64,000 bases of DNA. Source: an uncultured Solirubrobacteraceae bacterium. GTDB taxonomy: Bacteria; Actinomycetota; Thermoleophilia; Solirubrobacterales; Solirubrobacteraceae. The stretch covers positions 32,001 through 96,000 of the forward strand of contig CAZPQW010000009.1 in NCBI GenBank assembly GCA_964588985.1, given 5' to 3'. The notes under the pieces were generated by a model. It saw only the letters and a program-made list of their open reading frames with translations. It did no database searches and was not told where the DNA came from. Below are positions 38,205-46,198 of this stretch, one piece after another (the stretch's first letter is position 1; the number at the start of each line of letters is the position of its first letter). Both the position numbers and the translations under genes were made by a program.

Positions 38205-39389
38205 CTACCTATCGCGATCGGCGACGAATCCGCGCAGGCGACGCTCTACGAACTGCGACGGGCGCCAACCGCGACGAAGGACATCTTGGAGGAAGTCTGC
38301 GGTCCCGATGATGGGTCCAGCCGCGATGCCAATAGGACCAGTCAATGCCACCCCAGCGGCGGTGCTTGCTCCCGTGACCGTGAGAAACCGGACTGTCTTG
38401 GCCGGAAGGCTGTCAGCCCAAGTCTCAGCCGTGCAAGCCTTCAGGTACTCGCGGGCTAGCTGATGATCCTCATCAAGGTCGGAGAGCCAGGATCGAAAGC
38501 GGTCAGCTCGCTCGGCAAGGTCCAACGCTTCTAGCAGCGAGCGCTGTCCGGAGTTTACGGCCTCCCGCACCGAGCGAGCTTCGTCAAATACGAGATCCTG
38601 AAAGTCGTGCTGAGCGTCCGCCGATCGCTCGCGCGCTAGCAGGGCCTCCGTCTTTGTCCGAAGTATCCTGGCCGAGAAAGGGTTCGTAATCATCTCGGAT
38701 GCGAAGTGTCCCGCAAAGGCCATCTCCTCATTTGCCCCCAAAATCCACCCGAGCACATCGCTTGGCCCAATTTGGGACTCAGACTTCGCGCGCCAGTGCC
38801 GGTTGACGAGTGACCAGTCAAGGTTCGTCCGGATCTTGACACGCTCTTCCTCGGCCGCTTCGATCTCGAACACGAATTGCTCAGGGAGGTTGTAGTTCGG
38901 GGCCATGAATCCGATCACATCGCGAATGAGACTCGCGACGTAGTCGGCATTTAGAGCATCGGCGGTGGCCGATGCGTGGATTCCTGCATCGAGCCCCACA
39001 TCACCAACATGGTTCAGAAACCTAGCGGCTAGCCGGCGGCCTCGCCCGGACTTGCCAGTAGCTAGACGAAAATCCTCCACAGCGAGGCGCTCGATCGCTG
39101 TGTGCGGCATTTCCACCACACCCAGAAAGAACCGCTCTGTTGGTGTATTGGCATCCTCGGTCATCACCCCCGTGAATTGATTGCAGTACGAGAACGAAAC
39201 CCTCTCCGATTCGACGAGTCTGAGAAATCCGTCAATCCCCAAGCTCGCAAACAACGCTTGAAAGACGCTTCTGTCAGCAACAATGTCAACTCGCCCATAG
39301 AACAAGAGCGCCTCTGCGACCAGCCCAAGGTCTAGACGCGCCTCGTCTTCGGCAATGCCAGTACGCCGGACACACACGGAGTCGAACAT
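38205..39389 (-). CDS. Uncharacterised island cargo protein with C-terminal Gly/Ala hydrophobic hairpin
   Basis: Intact 394-aa ORF (397 aa from 39398), atypical codon use; no family confidently recognised. Confidence 0.8.
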   Translation of the reverse strand: MFDSVCVRRTGIAEDEARLDLGLVAEALLFYGRVDIVADRSVFQALFASLGIDGFLRLVESERVSFSYCNQFTGVMTEDANTPTERFFLGVVEMPHTAIERLAVEDFRLATGKSGRGRRLAARFLNHVGDVGLDAGIHASATADALNADYVASLIRDVIGFMAPNYNLPEQFVFEIEAAEEERVKIRTNLDWSLVNRHWRAKSESQIGPSDVLGWILGANEEMAFAGHFASEMITNPFSARILRTKTEALLARERSADAQHDFQDLVFDEARSVREAVNSGQRSLLEALDLAERADRFRSWLSDLDEDHQLAREYLKACTAETWADSLPAKTVRFLTVTGASTAAGVALTGPIGIAAGPIIGTADFLQDVLRRGWRPSQFVERRLRGFVADRDR

Positions 39390-39435
39390 CTGTGGCATCG
39401 TGCCACGAGCACCCGATCGATCGGCTCGACAGTTG

Positions 39436-39618
39436 CTAGATGGCGACCATGAGCGCCCGAGCGTCGATCGCGGGCGGCGGCGGCGCCGGGGTGATGCTCC
39501 CCGCCCACGTCTGCGAGTCGATCACGATGCGGGGTTCGAGCACCGGCGGCTCGTCAGGGTCTCCGATCAGGAGGCGATCTCCAACGGCGGGCCCGTCAAC
39601 TTGCCTGAGTACGAACAT
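39436..39618 (-). CDS. Small putative SOS-regulated protein (60 aa)
   Basis: ATG embedded in a LexA box (CGAACGTATGTTCG); MFVLRQVDG... Confidence 0.45.
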   Translation of the reverse strand: MFVLRQVDGPAVGDRLLIGDPDEPPVLEPRIVIDSQTWAGSITPAPPPPAIDARALMVAI

Positions 39619-39625
39619 ACGTTCG
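39612..39625. promoter_or_regulatory. LexA (SOS) box, Gram-positive/actinobacterial type
   Basis: CGAAC-ATAC-GTTCG perfect match to CGAAC-N4-GTTCG. Confidence 0.75.
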
Positions 39626-39652
39626 AGGAAAGCAGATCGAGGGCTCCCGTAC

Positions 39653-40031
39653 AAGATCAGGCGCCCAGGCTCTGGAGGCCGGAGTCGAGCCCGACGTAGT
39701 GCAGGCGCGGATCAACGAACTCAAGGCCGAGAAGGCGGCGGCGCAGGCGTCCCTGCCGAAGCTCGGACTGGCACCCGAACGCCAAGACCCGGCAGCGGTG
39801 CTCGATCAGGTGCCCGATCTCTCCGAGTGGCTACGCAATGCCGACGACGAGACCAAACGCGCCCTGTTCGACGCTTTCGATCTGCGCGCCGTCTACGACA
39901 AGGCGAACGATCGGCTCTCGATCAGCGCCACACTGACCGAGACCGTCGCCACCATGCTGAGGACCGGCCTACAGCCGTTGTCCTCAACGTCACTCCGGGG
40001 GTGGGACTCGAACCCACAACTTCGAAGTTAA
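39653..40031 (+). pseudogene. C-terminal fragment of a large serine recombinase reading into tRNA-Asn antisense
   Basis: QALEAGVEPDVVQARINELKAEK coiled coil...KRALFDAFDLRAVYD...; ends LRGWDSNPQLRS* inside the tRNA; no catalytic N-terminus. Confidence 0.7.
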
Positions 40032-40065
40032 CAGCTTCGCACTCTGCCAATTGAGTTACCCCGGA
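39993..40065 (-). tRNA. tRNA-Asn (GTT)
   Basis: TCCGGGGTAACTCAATTGGCAGAGTGCGAAGCT-GTT-AACTTCGAAGTTGTGGGTTCGAGTCCCACCCCCGGAG; all four stems pair; CCA not encoded. Confidence 0.96.
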
Positions 40066-40087
40066 CCGCCACTTGAGCTACCCCGGA
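40066..40087 (-). repeat. Tandem 22-nt duplicate of the tRNA-Asn 5' end
   Basis: TCCGGGGTAGCTCAAGTGGCGG versus TCCGGGGTAACTCAATTGGCAG (19/22 identical), directly abutting the tRNA. Confidence 0.85.
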
Positions 40088-40797
40088 GGGCGCCCAACCA
40101 ACGCGTCGACCGGAACGGATGTCATCCCGTCCTCGACCTCAGCATGGCAATTAGAGCACAGAAGGACGCACTTCCGCGCCTCGGCCCGCAACGTCTCGAG
40201 CGCAAGCGCCACGCCCTTCGCGTTGATCTCGTGTCGCTTCTGCGACGGCTCGACGTGATGGAAGTGGAGCGCGCGCATGTTTTGGCCGTATCCGCATACG
40301 CAGCACGCGCCGCCGGCCTCCTCGACGAGGATCGCCTTCATCTTCTTGCGCCTGCGAACGACGGCCTCCGATCGGCATCGCTTGCAGCGGTAGTAGCCAC
40401 GACCATTGATCGAGAAGCCAGTCTCTCCATGCACCCTGCAGCGCATCGTCACCGTGGCGAGTCCGGCCTCCTTCGCGGCTGTCGCCTGCTCCGCGGGTCG
40501 CCTTCCGACGCCGCCCTGCGTCTTGAGCCCATATCTCCTGAGCCAGTGCCGGACCGTCGGCTTGCTGCGATCAACAGCCTCCGCGATCTGCGCGATGGAT
40601 GCGCCGCTGTTGACCAACTGCTCGAGCTCTGTGCGCTCAAGCCCACCCCGCGCCGCGTGCCTCCCCTGCTTGGCGGCCTCCAACCCGTGTTTCTCAACCC
40701 AGTACGCGACCGTAGATTCGTGTCGCCCGAACCGCTGGCCTATCGCCGCGAGCGACAGGCCCTGATCCAGAAGCTGCTCCAAAGACACGCGATCCAT
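40078..40797 (-). CDS. HTH-HTH-zinc finger-HNH endonuclease (putative free-standing homing endonuclease)
   Basis: Two HTH repeats (SLAAIGQRFGRHESTVAYW; SIAQIAEAVDRSKPTVRHW), CRVH...CKRC, CCVCG...LHFHH...KCVLLCSNCHAE. Confidence 0.85.
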   Translation of the reverse strand: MDRVSLEQLLDQGLSLAAIGQRFGRHESTVAYWVEKHGLEAAKQGRHAARGGLERTELEQLVNSGASIAQIAEAVDRSKPTVRHWLRRYGLKTQGGVGRRPAEQATAAKEAGLATVTMRCRVHGETGFSINGRGYYRCKRCRSEAVVRRRKKMKAILVEEAGGACCVCGYGQNMRALHFHHVEPSQKRHEINAKGVALALETLRAEARKCVLLCSNCHAEVEDGMTSVPVDALVGRPPG

Positions 40798-40911
40798 GCA
40801 CCCAATTGTCGTCGGCGCATGCGGTCAAATGGCGTGCCAAGTGCGTCAATTCTGTGTCCAACCTGCGCCAAGTCCGTGACTCGAAGCCGAGCACGACGAG
40901 GCCGCCACCCC

Positions 40912-42813
40912 TCAGCCCCTATCCCCCGTCTCCTCCAGCACCCGCCCATACGCCCGATCGAACTCCAGCTTGATCTTGGCCTTGTGCTTGGCCAGGTCGC
41001 TCACGTCGCCGTTGTCCTGGCCGCGCGCGCGCTGGATCTGGCGGTCCACCCTCGCGAGCTCCAGCTGCAGGCGCTGCACCTCGAGCATCGCCGGGTCCGA
41101 CTGTTCGCCGCCCGCCTCCACCACCAGCTCAGCCAGCAGCCCCTTCAGCTCCGGATCCTCCTCCAGCGACCCGCCCTCGCCGGGGCGATCGCGCATCGGC
41201 TGCTGCAGGCCGCCCTCGCGCAGGCGCCTCGCCGCGCGACGCAGCAGCCCGCTCGAGAAGTGCTCGTCAACGTCCAGGTCCTCAAGCGCCAGCGCGCCCT
41301 CCTGCGGCGAGGCGATGCACAGCGCCAGGAACGCCCGCTCTGTGTCCTCGCGCCGCGACAGATCGCCGCCGCGAGGCCGCGGACCTGGCCCAGCGCCGCC
41401 GCCACGCTCGACCCGAGCGCCACCGCCGTTCGCCGCATCCGCCCCTGGCCGTCCCCCGCCCGCGCGCGCTCCACCCTGCCCACCCGCGGCGCCCGCGCCC
41501 GCCGCACCGCCACCCCCGCCAGCGAGCAGCGTCTCCGCGAGGCTCTCCGGCAACGCAAGGCGTCCCGACACGATCCGCGTCAGCTCCATCCGCATCGCGC
41601 TCGGCGGGAGCGTCGCGAACACCGGGCGCAGCTGCTCGACGATCCGGTCGCGTCCCTCCGGGCTCGAGTCGTCGCCGTTCGCGAGCACCCGTTCGACGCG
41701 GAAGCGCACGAACGCCACCGCCTTCGACACCAGCGCCGCCATCGCCTCCGCGCCCTCTCGCTGGATCAGCTCAGCCGGATCCGCGCCCGCTGGCAGCGGC
41801 ACCACGCGCAGCTCCAGCTTGCGCTTCGCCGCCACCGTCGAGGCCTTCAGCATCGCCTCCTGACCAGCGCTGTCCGCGTCCAGCGCCAACAGCACCGTCT
41901 GCGCCATCCGCGCCAGCTCCCCCACCTGGTCCGCCGTCAGCGCCGTGCCCATCAGACCGACCGCGTTGCGCATCCCAGCCTGGTGCAGCGCGATCACGTC
42001 CGTGTAGCCCTCGCACAGGATCACCTCCCCCGCCTTTGTCGCATGCGCGCGCGCCAGATCCGAGCCGTACAGGTGCAGACCCTTGTGGTAGACGTCGTTG
42101 TCGGACGTGTTCAGGTACTTCGGTTTCTGTTCCGCTCCCATCGCTCGCGCGCCGAACCCCAGCACCCGACCGCGCACGTCAGCGAGCGGGAACATGATCC
42201 GCGAGCGGAAGCGGTCGTACGGCTGGCCGTTCTGCTTCGAGCGCTGCGCCAGGCCAGTCGCGTACAGCTCGTCCACCGAGAACCCGCCCCTGCGCGACGC
42301 CAGCAGCACGCGATCCCACGCGCTCGGCGCATAGCCCACGCGGAACGCCCGCAGCGAGGACTCCTCAAGCCCGCGACCCGCGAGGTACTCGCGCGCCGGG
42401 GCCGCCTCCTCGGACTCCCACAGGTAGCGCTCGTAGTACGCCGTCGTGCGCGACAGCAGCTCCAGCAGCCGCTCGCGGCGTTTGCGCAGCTCCGCCGCGC
42501 GCGGGTCCTCCGCCTCCAGCTGCAGCTCCACGCCGTAGCGTTCCGCAAGCAGCTCCAGCGCCCCCTTGAAGTCCACGCCCTCCGTCTCCTGCACGAACGT
42601 GAACAGGTCGCCCGAGGCCTGGCAGCCGAAGCAGTAGTACACCTTCTGCGCCGGGTCGATCCCGAACGACGGCGTGCGCTCGTCGTGGAACGGGCACAGC
42701 CCCTCATACCGCGCCGGACCCGCGCGACGCAGCTCCGTGCGCGCGGAGACGATCTCGAGGAAGTCCGCCGCGTCGCGCACGCGATCCTTGGACTCGTTGG
42801 TATACAGCGCCAC
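40912..42813 (-). CDS. dnaG: DNA primase
   Basis: CPFHDERTPSF...CFGC Zn ribbon, DRFRSRIMFP, KYLNT, EGYTD, DADSAG TOPRIM. Confidence 0.97.
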   Translation of the reverse strand: MALYTNESKDRVRDAADFLEIVSARTELRRAGPARYEGLCPFHDERTPSFGIDPAQKVYYCFGCQASGDLFTFVQETEGVDFKGALELLAERYGVELQLEAEDPRAAELRKRRERLLELLSRTTAYYERYLWESEEAAPAREYLAGRGLEESSLRAFRVGYAPSAWDRVLLASRRGGFSVDELYATGLAQRSKQNGQPYDRFRSRIMFPLADVRGRVLGFGARAMGAEQKPKYLNTSDNDVYHKGLHLYGSDLARAHATKAGEVILCEGYTDVIALHQAGMRNAVGLMGTALTADQVGELARMAQTVLLALDADSAGQEAMLKASTVAAKRKLELRVVPLPAGADPAELIQREGAEAMAALVSKAVAFVRFRVERVLANGDDSSPEGRDRIVEQLRPVFATLPPSAMRMELTRIVSGRLALPESLAETLLAGGGGGAAGAGAAGGQGGARAGGGRPGADAANGGGARVERGGGAGPGPRPRGGDLSRREDTERAFLALCIASPQEGALALEDLDVDEHFSSGLLRRAARRLREGGLQQPMRDRPGEGGSLEEDPELKGLLAELVVEAGGEQSDPAMLEVQRLQLELARVDRQIQRARGQDNGDVSDLAKHKAKIKLEFDRAYGRVLEETGDRG

Positions 42814-42822
42814 GAGTCGAGG

Positions 42823-43875
42823 CTATCGAGCAAACGCCTGCGGCACCTGCAGGTCGGTGTACTCCCGTATGCAGTACCTGTCGGTCATCCCAGCGAGATA
42901 GTCGGTCACCGCCGCAGCAAGCCACTCCTCATCGCCGGAATCCGCACCCACACGGCCCCCCGACAGCAGCTCCGGGTGCTCCACGTAGTGCTCGAACAGC
43001 CGTCGCACCACCGACGCGATCCTCCTGTGCTCCGCGCGCACCGCCGGCCCGAGGTACACGCGCTCGAACATGAAGTCGCGCAGCTCCGCCATCGCCGGGC
43101 CCGCGCTCGGGCCCTGGACGATGTCGCCCTCCACCGCCGAGTGCTCCACCATGTCGTGCACAAGCGCGTCGATCCGCGCCGAGCCGCTCGAGCCGAGCAC
43201 CGCGATCGGCTCGCTCGGCAGGTCCTCCTCGCGCAAGAGGCCCGCGCGCACCGCGTCGTCGATGTCGTGGTTTATGTACGCAACGCGGTCGATCACGCGC
43301 ACGATCCGCCCCTCGAGCGTCTCCGGCGGCTCCGTGCGGCTCGAGTGGTGGGCGATCCCGTCGCGCACCTGCTCGGTCAGGTTCAGCCCCGCGCCGTCTC
43401 GCTCGAGGCGCTCCACGATCCGCAGCGAGTGCTCGTAGTGGCGGAAGTCCTTGCCGAAGCGCTCTTTGACGCAGCTGTCCAGCACGTCCTCGCCGATGTG
43501 CCCGAACGGCGGGTGCCCCAGGTCGTGGCCGAGGCCGATCGCCTCCACCAGGTCCTCGTTCAGCCCGAGCGCGCGCGCCACCGTGCGCGAGATGCTCGTC
43601 ACCTCGAGCGTGTGGGTCAGCCGCGTGCGGTAGTGGTCCCCGCGCGGCGCCACGAACACCTGCGTCTTGTGCGTCAGCCGACGAAACGCCTTGCTGTGCA
43701 CGATCCGGTCGCGGTCGCGCTGGAACGGCGTGCGCAGCGAGCAGTCGTCCTCCGCGTGATCCCGCAGCGCCGGGTAGGAGCGAGCCGCCAGTGGCGAGAG
43801 CAGCCGCTCCTCCTGCGCACGCCAACGCTCAGCAAACCCGGATGCGACGGTGTCCTGCTCGCTTGCGATGCTCAC
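42823..43875 (-). CDS. dgt: Deoxyguanosinetriphosphate triphosphohydrolase
   Basis: FQRDRDRI, FRRLTHKTQV, RTRLTHTLEV, HDLGHPPFGH, DYLAGMTD; GTG start 43875. Confidence 0.95.
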   Translation of the reverse strand: MSIASEQDTVASGFAERWRAQEERLLSPLAARSYPALRDHAEDDCSLRTPFQRDRDRIVHSKAFRRLTHKTQVFVAPRGDHYRTRLTHTLEVTSISRTVARALGLNEDLVEAIGLGHDLGHPPFGHIGEDVLDSCVKERFGKDFRHYEHSLRIVERLERDGAGLNLTEQVRDGIAHHSSRTEPPETLEGRIVRVIDRVAYINHDIDDAVRAGLLREEDLPSEPIAVLGSSGSARIDALVHDMVEHSAVEGDIVQGPSAGPAMAELRDFMFERVYLGPAVRAEHRRIASVVRRLFEHYVEHPELLSGGRVGADSGDEEWLAAAVTDYLAGMTDRYCIREYTDLQVPQAFAR

Positions 43876-43921
43876 CGCTCGATTGTCCCACCCGCCGCGG
43901 CCGGCGCCCTGCCGCACCCGC

Positions 43922-44281
43922 TCAGCTCTCGCGGTGCCAATCTTTGTGGCCCGTCATGCGGTTCACCATGTGGCTCCATTTATGGACCGGAGCCGACGGG
44001 TCCTCCGTATAGACCGGCGCTCCGCCACCCGGCTGCGGCAGACCCTGCGCCGCCGCCAGGTCGATGCTCAGGTCCACCCCACGCTCGTGGATGCTCGCCA
44101 CGTCAGCCGCCTCCACGAACCGCTTGCCGTGGGCGGAGGTCGCGATCACGATGCCGTGGAAGATGTCCTTCTCCGGTGCAGCCACCACGTGGTGGACCGT
44201 CCCGATCTGCTCGCCGTTGGACGCCAGCACGGGCACGCCCTTCTCAAGCACCGTGTATGCGATCGGCAGACCCTCGTCCAT
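43922..44281 (-). CDS. PRC-barrel/DUF2171-like hypothetical protein
   Basis: GVPVLASNGEQIGTVHHV pattern; in operon context. Confidence 0.7.
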   Translation of the reverse strand: MDEGLPIAYTVLEKGVPVLASNGEQIGTVHHVVAAPEKDIFHGIVIATSAHGKRFVEAADVASIHERGVDLSIDLAAAQGLPQPGGGAPVYTEDPSAPVHKWSHMVNRMTGHKDWHRES

Positions 44282-44287
44282 TCGCGC

Positions 44288-45031
44288 CTACGATACCGCC
44301 GCCGGCATCAGCCGCACGTGCGCGTGGTGCTCGAGCGTCGCCGCGATCGCCCGCTCCACCTGCCCCAGCGCCGCATCCTCCGCCACCGGCACGTCGCTCA
44401 GCGAGCGCCCCAGCGCGTCGGTCATGAACACGTACGCATCCTCGTGCAGCGGGAACGAGCCCGCCTCGCACGCACCGCACACCACGCCGCCCGCCGCGCC
44501 CGAGAAGCCCACCAGGTGCTCGTGCTCACCGCAGCTCGCGCACGCCGCCAGCTGCGGCGCGAGGCCCGCCGCCAACAGCAGCTTCAGTCGAAACGCCAGC
44601 GCCCCCGCGCGCGCAATCGCCGCCGAGCGCTCCCCCTTCCCCGCGCGCTCGTCGAGCAGAGCGAGCTGGCGGCACAGCAGGTTGAACACGCCCGGGTGCG
44701 GCTCTGAGGTCTCGAACAGCCTCCCCACCGCGTCGCACGCGCGCGCCGCCGCGTCCAGCGCGCGCGCGTCGCCGCGCAGCCGCGCGTGCCCGTCGATCGT
44801 CTGCGCGCCCGTCACCGTCAGCAGCTCGCCACGGCCTTCGTGCAGCTCCACGTGGATACGGAAGAACGGCTCCAGGCGCCCGCCGAAGCGGCTGCGCGCG
44901 CGGCGCACGCCTTTCGCGATCGCACTCACCCGCCCGCGCGCCGGCGTGTACAGGTGCAGGATGCGGTCCGCCTCGCCGTAGCGCATCGAGCGCAGCACCA
45001 CCGCTTCGCTCTTCACAGCTCTGCTTGCCAT
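44288..45031 (-). CDS. recO: DNA repair protein RecO
   Basis: VLRSMRYGEADRI, AKGVRR.RSRFGGRLEPF, CASC...CGAC. Confidence 0.95.
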   Translation of the reverse strand: MASRAVKSEAVVLRSMRYGEADRILHLYTPARGRVSAIAKGVRRARSRFGGRLEPFFRIHVELHEGRGELLTVTGAQTIDGHARLRGDARALDAAARACDAVGRLFETSEPHPGVFNLLCRQLALLDERAGKGERSAAIARAGALAFRLKLLLAAGLAPQLAACASCGEHEHLVGFSGAAGGVVCGACEAGSFPLHEDAYVFMTDALGRSLSDVPVAEDAALGQVERAIAATLEHHAHVRLMPAAVS

Positions 45032-45091
45032 CTACCCATGTTGATCGATCCGCCCGACGGCCCCGTCTCGAGCATCCTCTAACTTGCTCAT

Positions 45092-45886
45092 ATGGAGCCC
45101 AAGGAGCTGAACGACAAGCAGTACGAGCGCGAGCTGCTGCGCCTGCAGACCGAGCTCGTCTACATGCAGGAGTGCATCGTCGCCGACGGCCGGCGGCTCG
45201 TCGTGCTGTTCGAGGGGCGCGACACAGCCGGCAAGGACGGCACGATCAAGCGCATCATCACGTTCCTCAACCCGCGCACCTGTCGCGTCGTCGCGCTCCC
45301 CACACCGAACGAGCGCGAGCGCACCCAGTGGTACTTCCAGCGCTACGCCCCGCACCTGCCCGCCGCCGGAGAGATCGTGCTGTTCAACCGCTCCTGGTAC
45401 AACCGCGCCGGCGTCGAGCACGTCATGGGCTACTGCACCGAGGACGAGTACGAAGAGTTCCTGCGCTTCTGCCCGCTGTTCGAGCAGGCGCTTCAGAACG
45501 AAGGCGTCGTGCTCGTCAAGTACTGGCTGTCCGTCAGCGACGAGGAGCAGGAGCGACGCTTCGAGAAACGGCTGTCGGACCCTCGCAAGCGCTGGAAGTT
45601 CAGCCCCACCGACCTGCAGGCCCGCGCGCGCTGGGTCGACTATGCCGAGGCCAAGGACAGGATGTTCGCCTACACCGACACCGACGCCAGCCCCTGGTAC
45701 GTCGTCGAGGGCGACGACAAGCGCAGCGCGCGCCTCAACCTCATCGAGCACCTGCTCTCGCTGATCCCCTACGAGCACCCCGACAAGGCCAAGAAGCCCA
45801 AGCTCCCGCCCCGCCAGGAGCGCAAGTACCTGCGCCCGCCCAAGCACACCGAGCATCTCGTGCCAGAGCGCTACGTCGTCCGATAG
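45092..45886 (+). CDS. ppk2: Polyphosphate kinase 2
   Basis: FEGRDTAGKDGTI, WYFQRY, FNRSWYNR, KRWKFSP, DDKRSARLN. Confidence 0.95.
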   Translation: MEPKELNDKQYERELLRLQTELVYMQECIVADGRRLVVLFEGRDTAGKDGTIKRIITFLNPRTCRVVALPTPNERERTQWYFQRYAPHLPAAGEIVLFNRSWYNRAGVEHVMGYCTEDEYEEFLRFCPLFEQALQNEGVVLVKYWLSVSDEEQERRFEKRLSDPRKRWKFSPTDLQARARWVDYAEAKDRMFAYTDTDASPWYVVEGDDKRSARLNLIEHLLSLIPYEHPDKAKKPKLPPRQERKYLRPPKHTEHLVPERYVVR

Positions 45887-45905
45887 CACCCCTTAACGAC
45901 ACGAT

Positions 45906-45933
45906 TTGATTTACCAGCAAAGGCCGCTATACT
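45906..45933 (+). promoter_or_regulatory. Sigma70-type promoter of the glutaredoxin gene
   Basis: TTGATT-N16-TATACT in an AT-rich patch, 10 nt before ATG. Confidence 0.6.
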
Positions 45934-45943
45934 TTATGAAGTA

Positions 45944-46198
45944 ATGAGTAAGGTGACCGTTTACACGACCGAGCCGTGCTCCTTCTGCGCGCGCGTCAAG
46001 GGGCTTCTGTCCTCGCGCGGGATCGAGTTCAAAGAGGTCAACCTCGCCAAGGACCCCGACGGGCGCATGCAGCTCGTGCGCGAGACCGGGATGATGAGCT
46101 TCCCGCAGGTGATCGTCGACGGGCAGGTGCTCGGCGGTTTCAGCGAGGTCCAGGCAGCCGCGGAGAGCGGCCGGTTGGACGAGCTCCTCGCGGCCTAG
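45944..46198 (+). CDS. Glutaredoxin
   Basis: CSFC active site, SFPQV, GGF. Confidence 0.92.
   Translation: MSKVTVYTTEPCSFCARVKGLLSSRGIEFKEVNLAKDPDGRMQLVRETGMMSFPQVIVDGQVLGGFSEVQAAAESGRLDELLAA

Larger units (their letters stand above)
38142..40002. mobile_element. Decayed integrative element at tRNA-Asn 3' end
   Basis: Bounded by the 10-bp repeat; holds a lower-GC cargo gene, an SOS-boxed small ORF and an integrase tail. Confidence 0.6.

Noticed and set aside
40870-40900. GGCTTCGAGTC resembling a tRNA T-loop upstream of the HNH gene
   Set aside because: No cloverleaf context; better explained as a hairpin after the dnaG stop
41370-41525. Gly/Ala-rich insert in DnaG as an intein or repeat element
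   Set aside because: No intein splice motifs; a low-complexity linker before the C-terminal domain
40051-44427. 1458-aa plus-strand ORF
   Set aside because: Antisense shadow of the HNH gene, dnaG and dgt; Arg/Ala/Pro-rich with no motifs, a typical high-GC artefact
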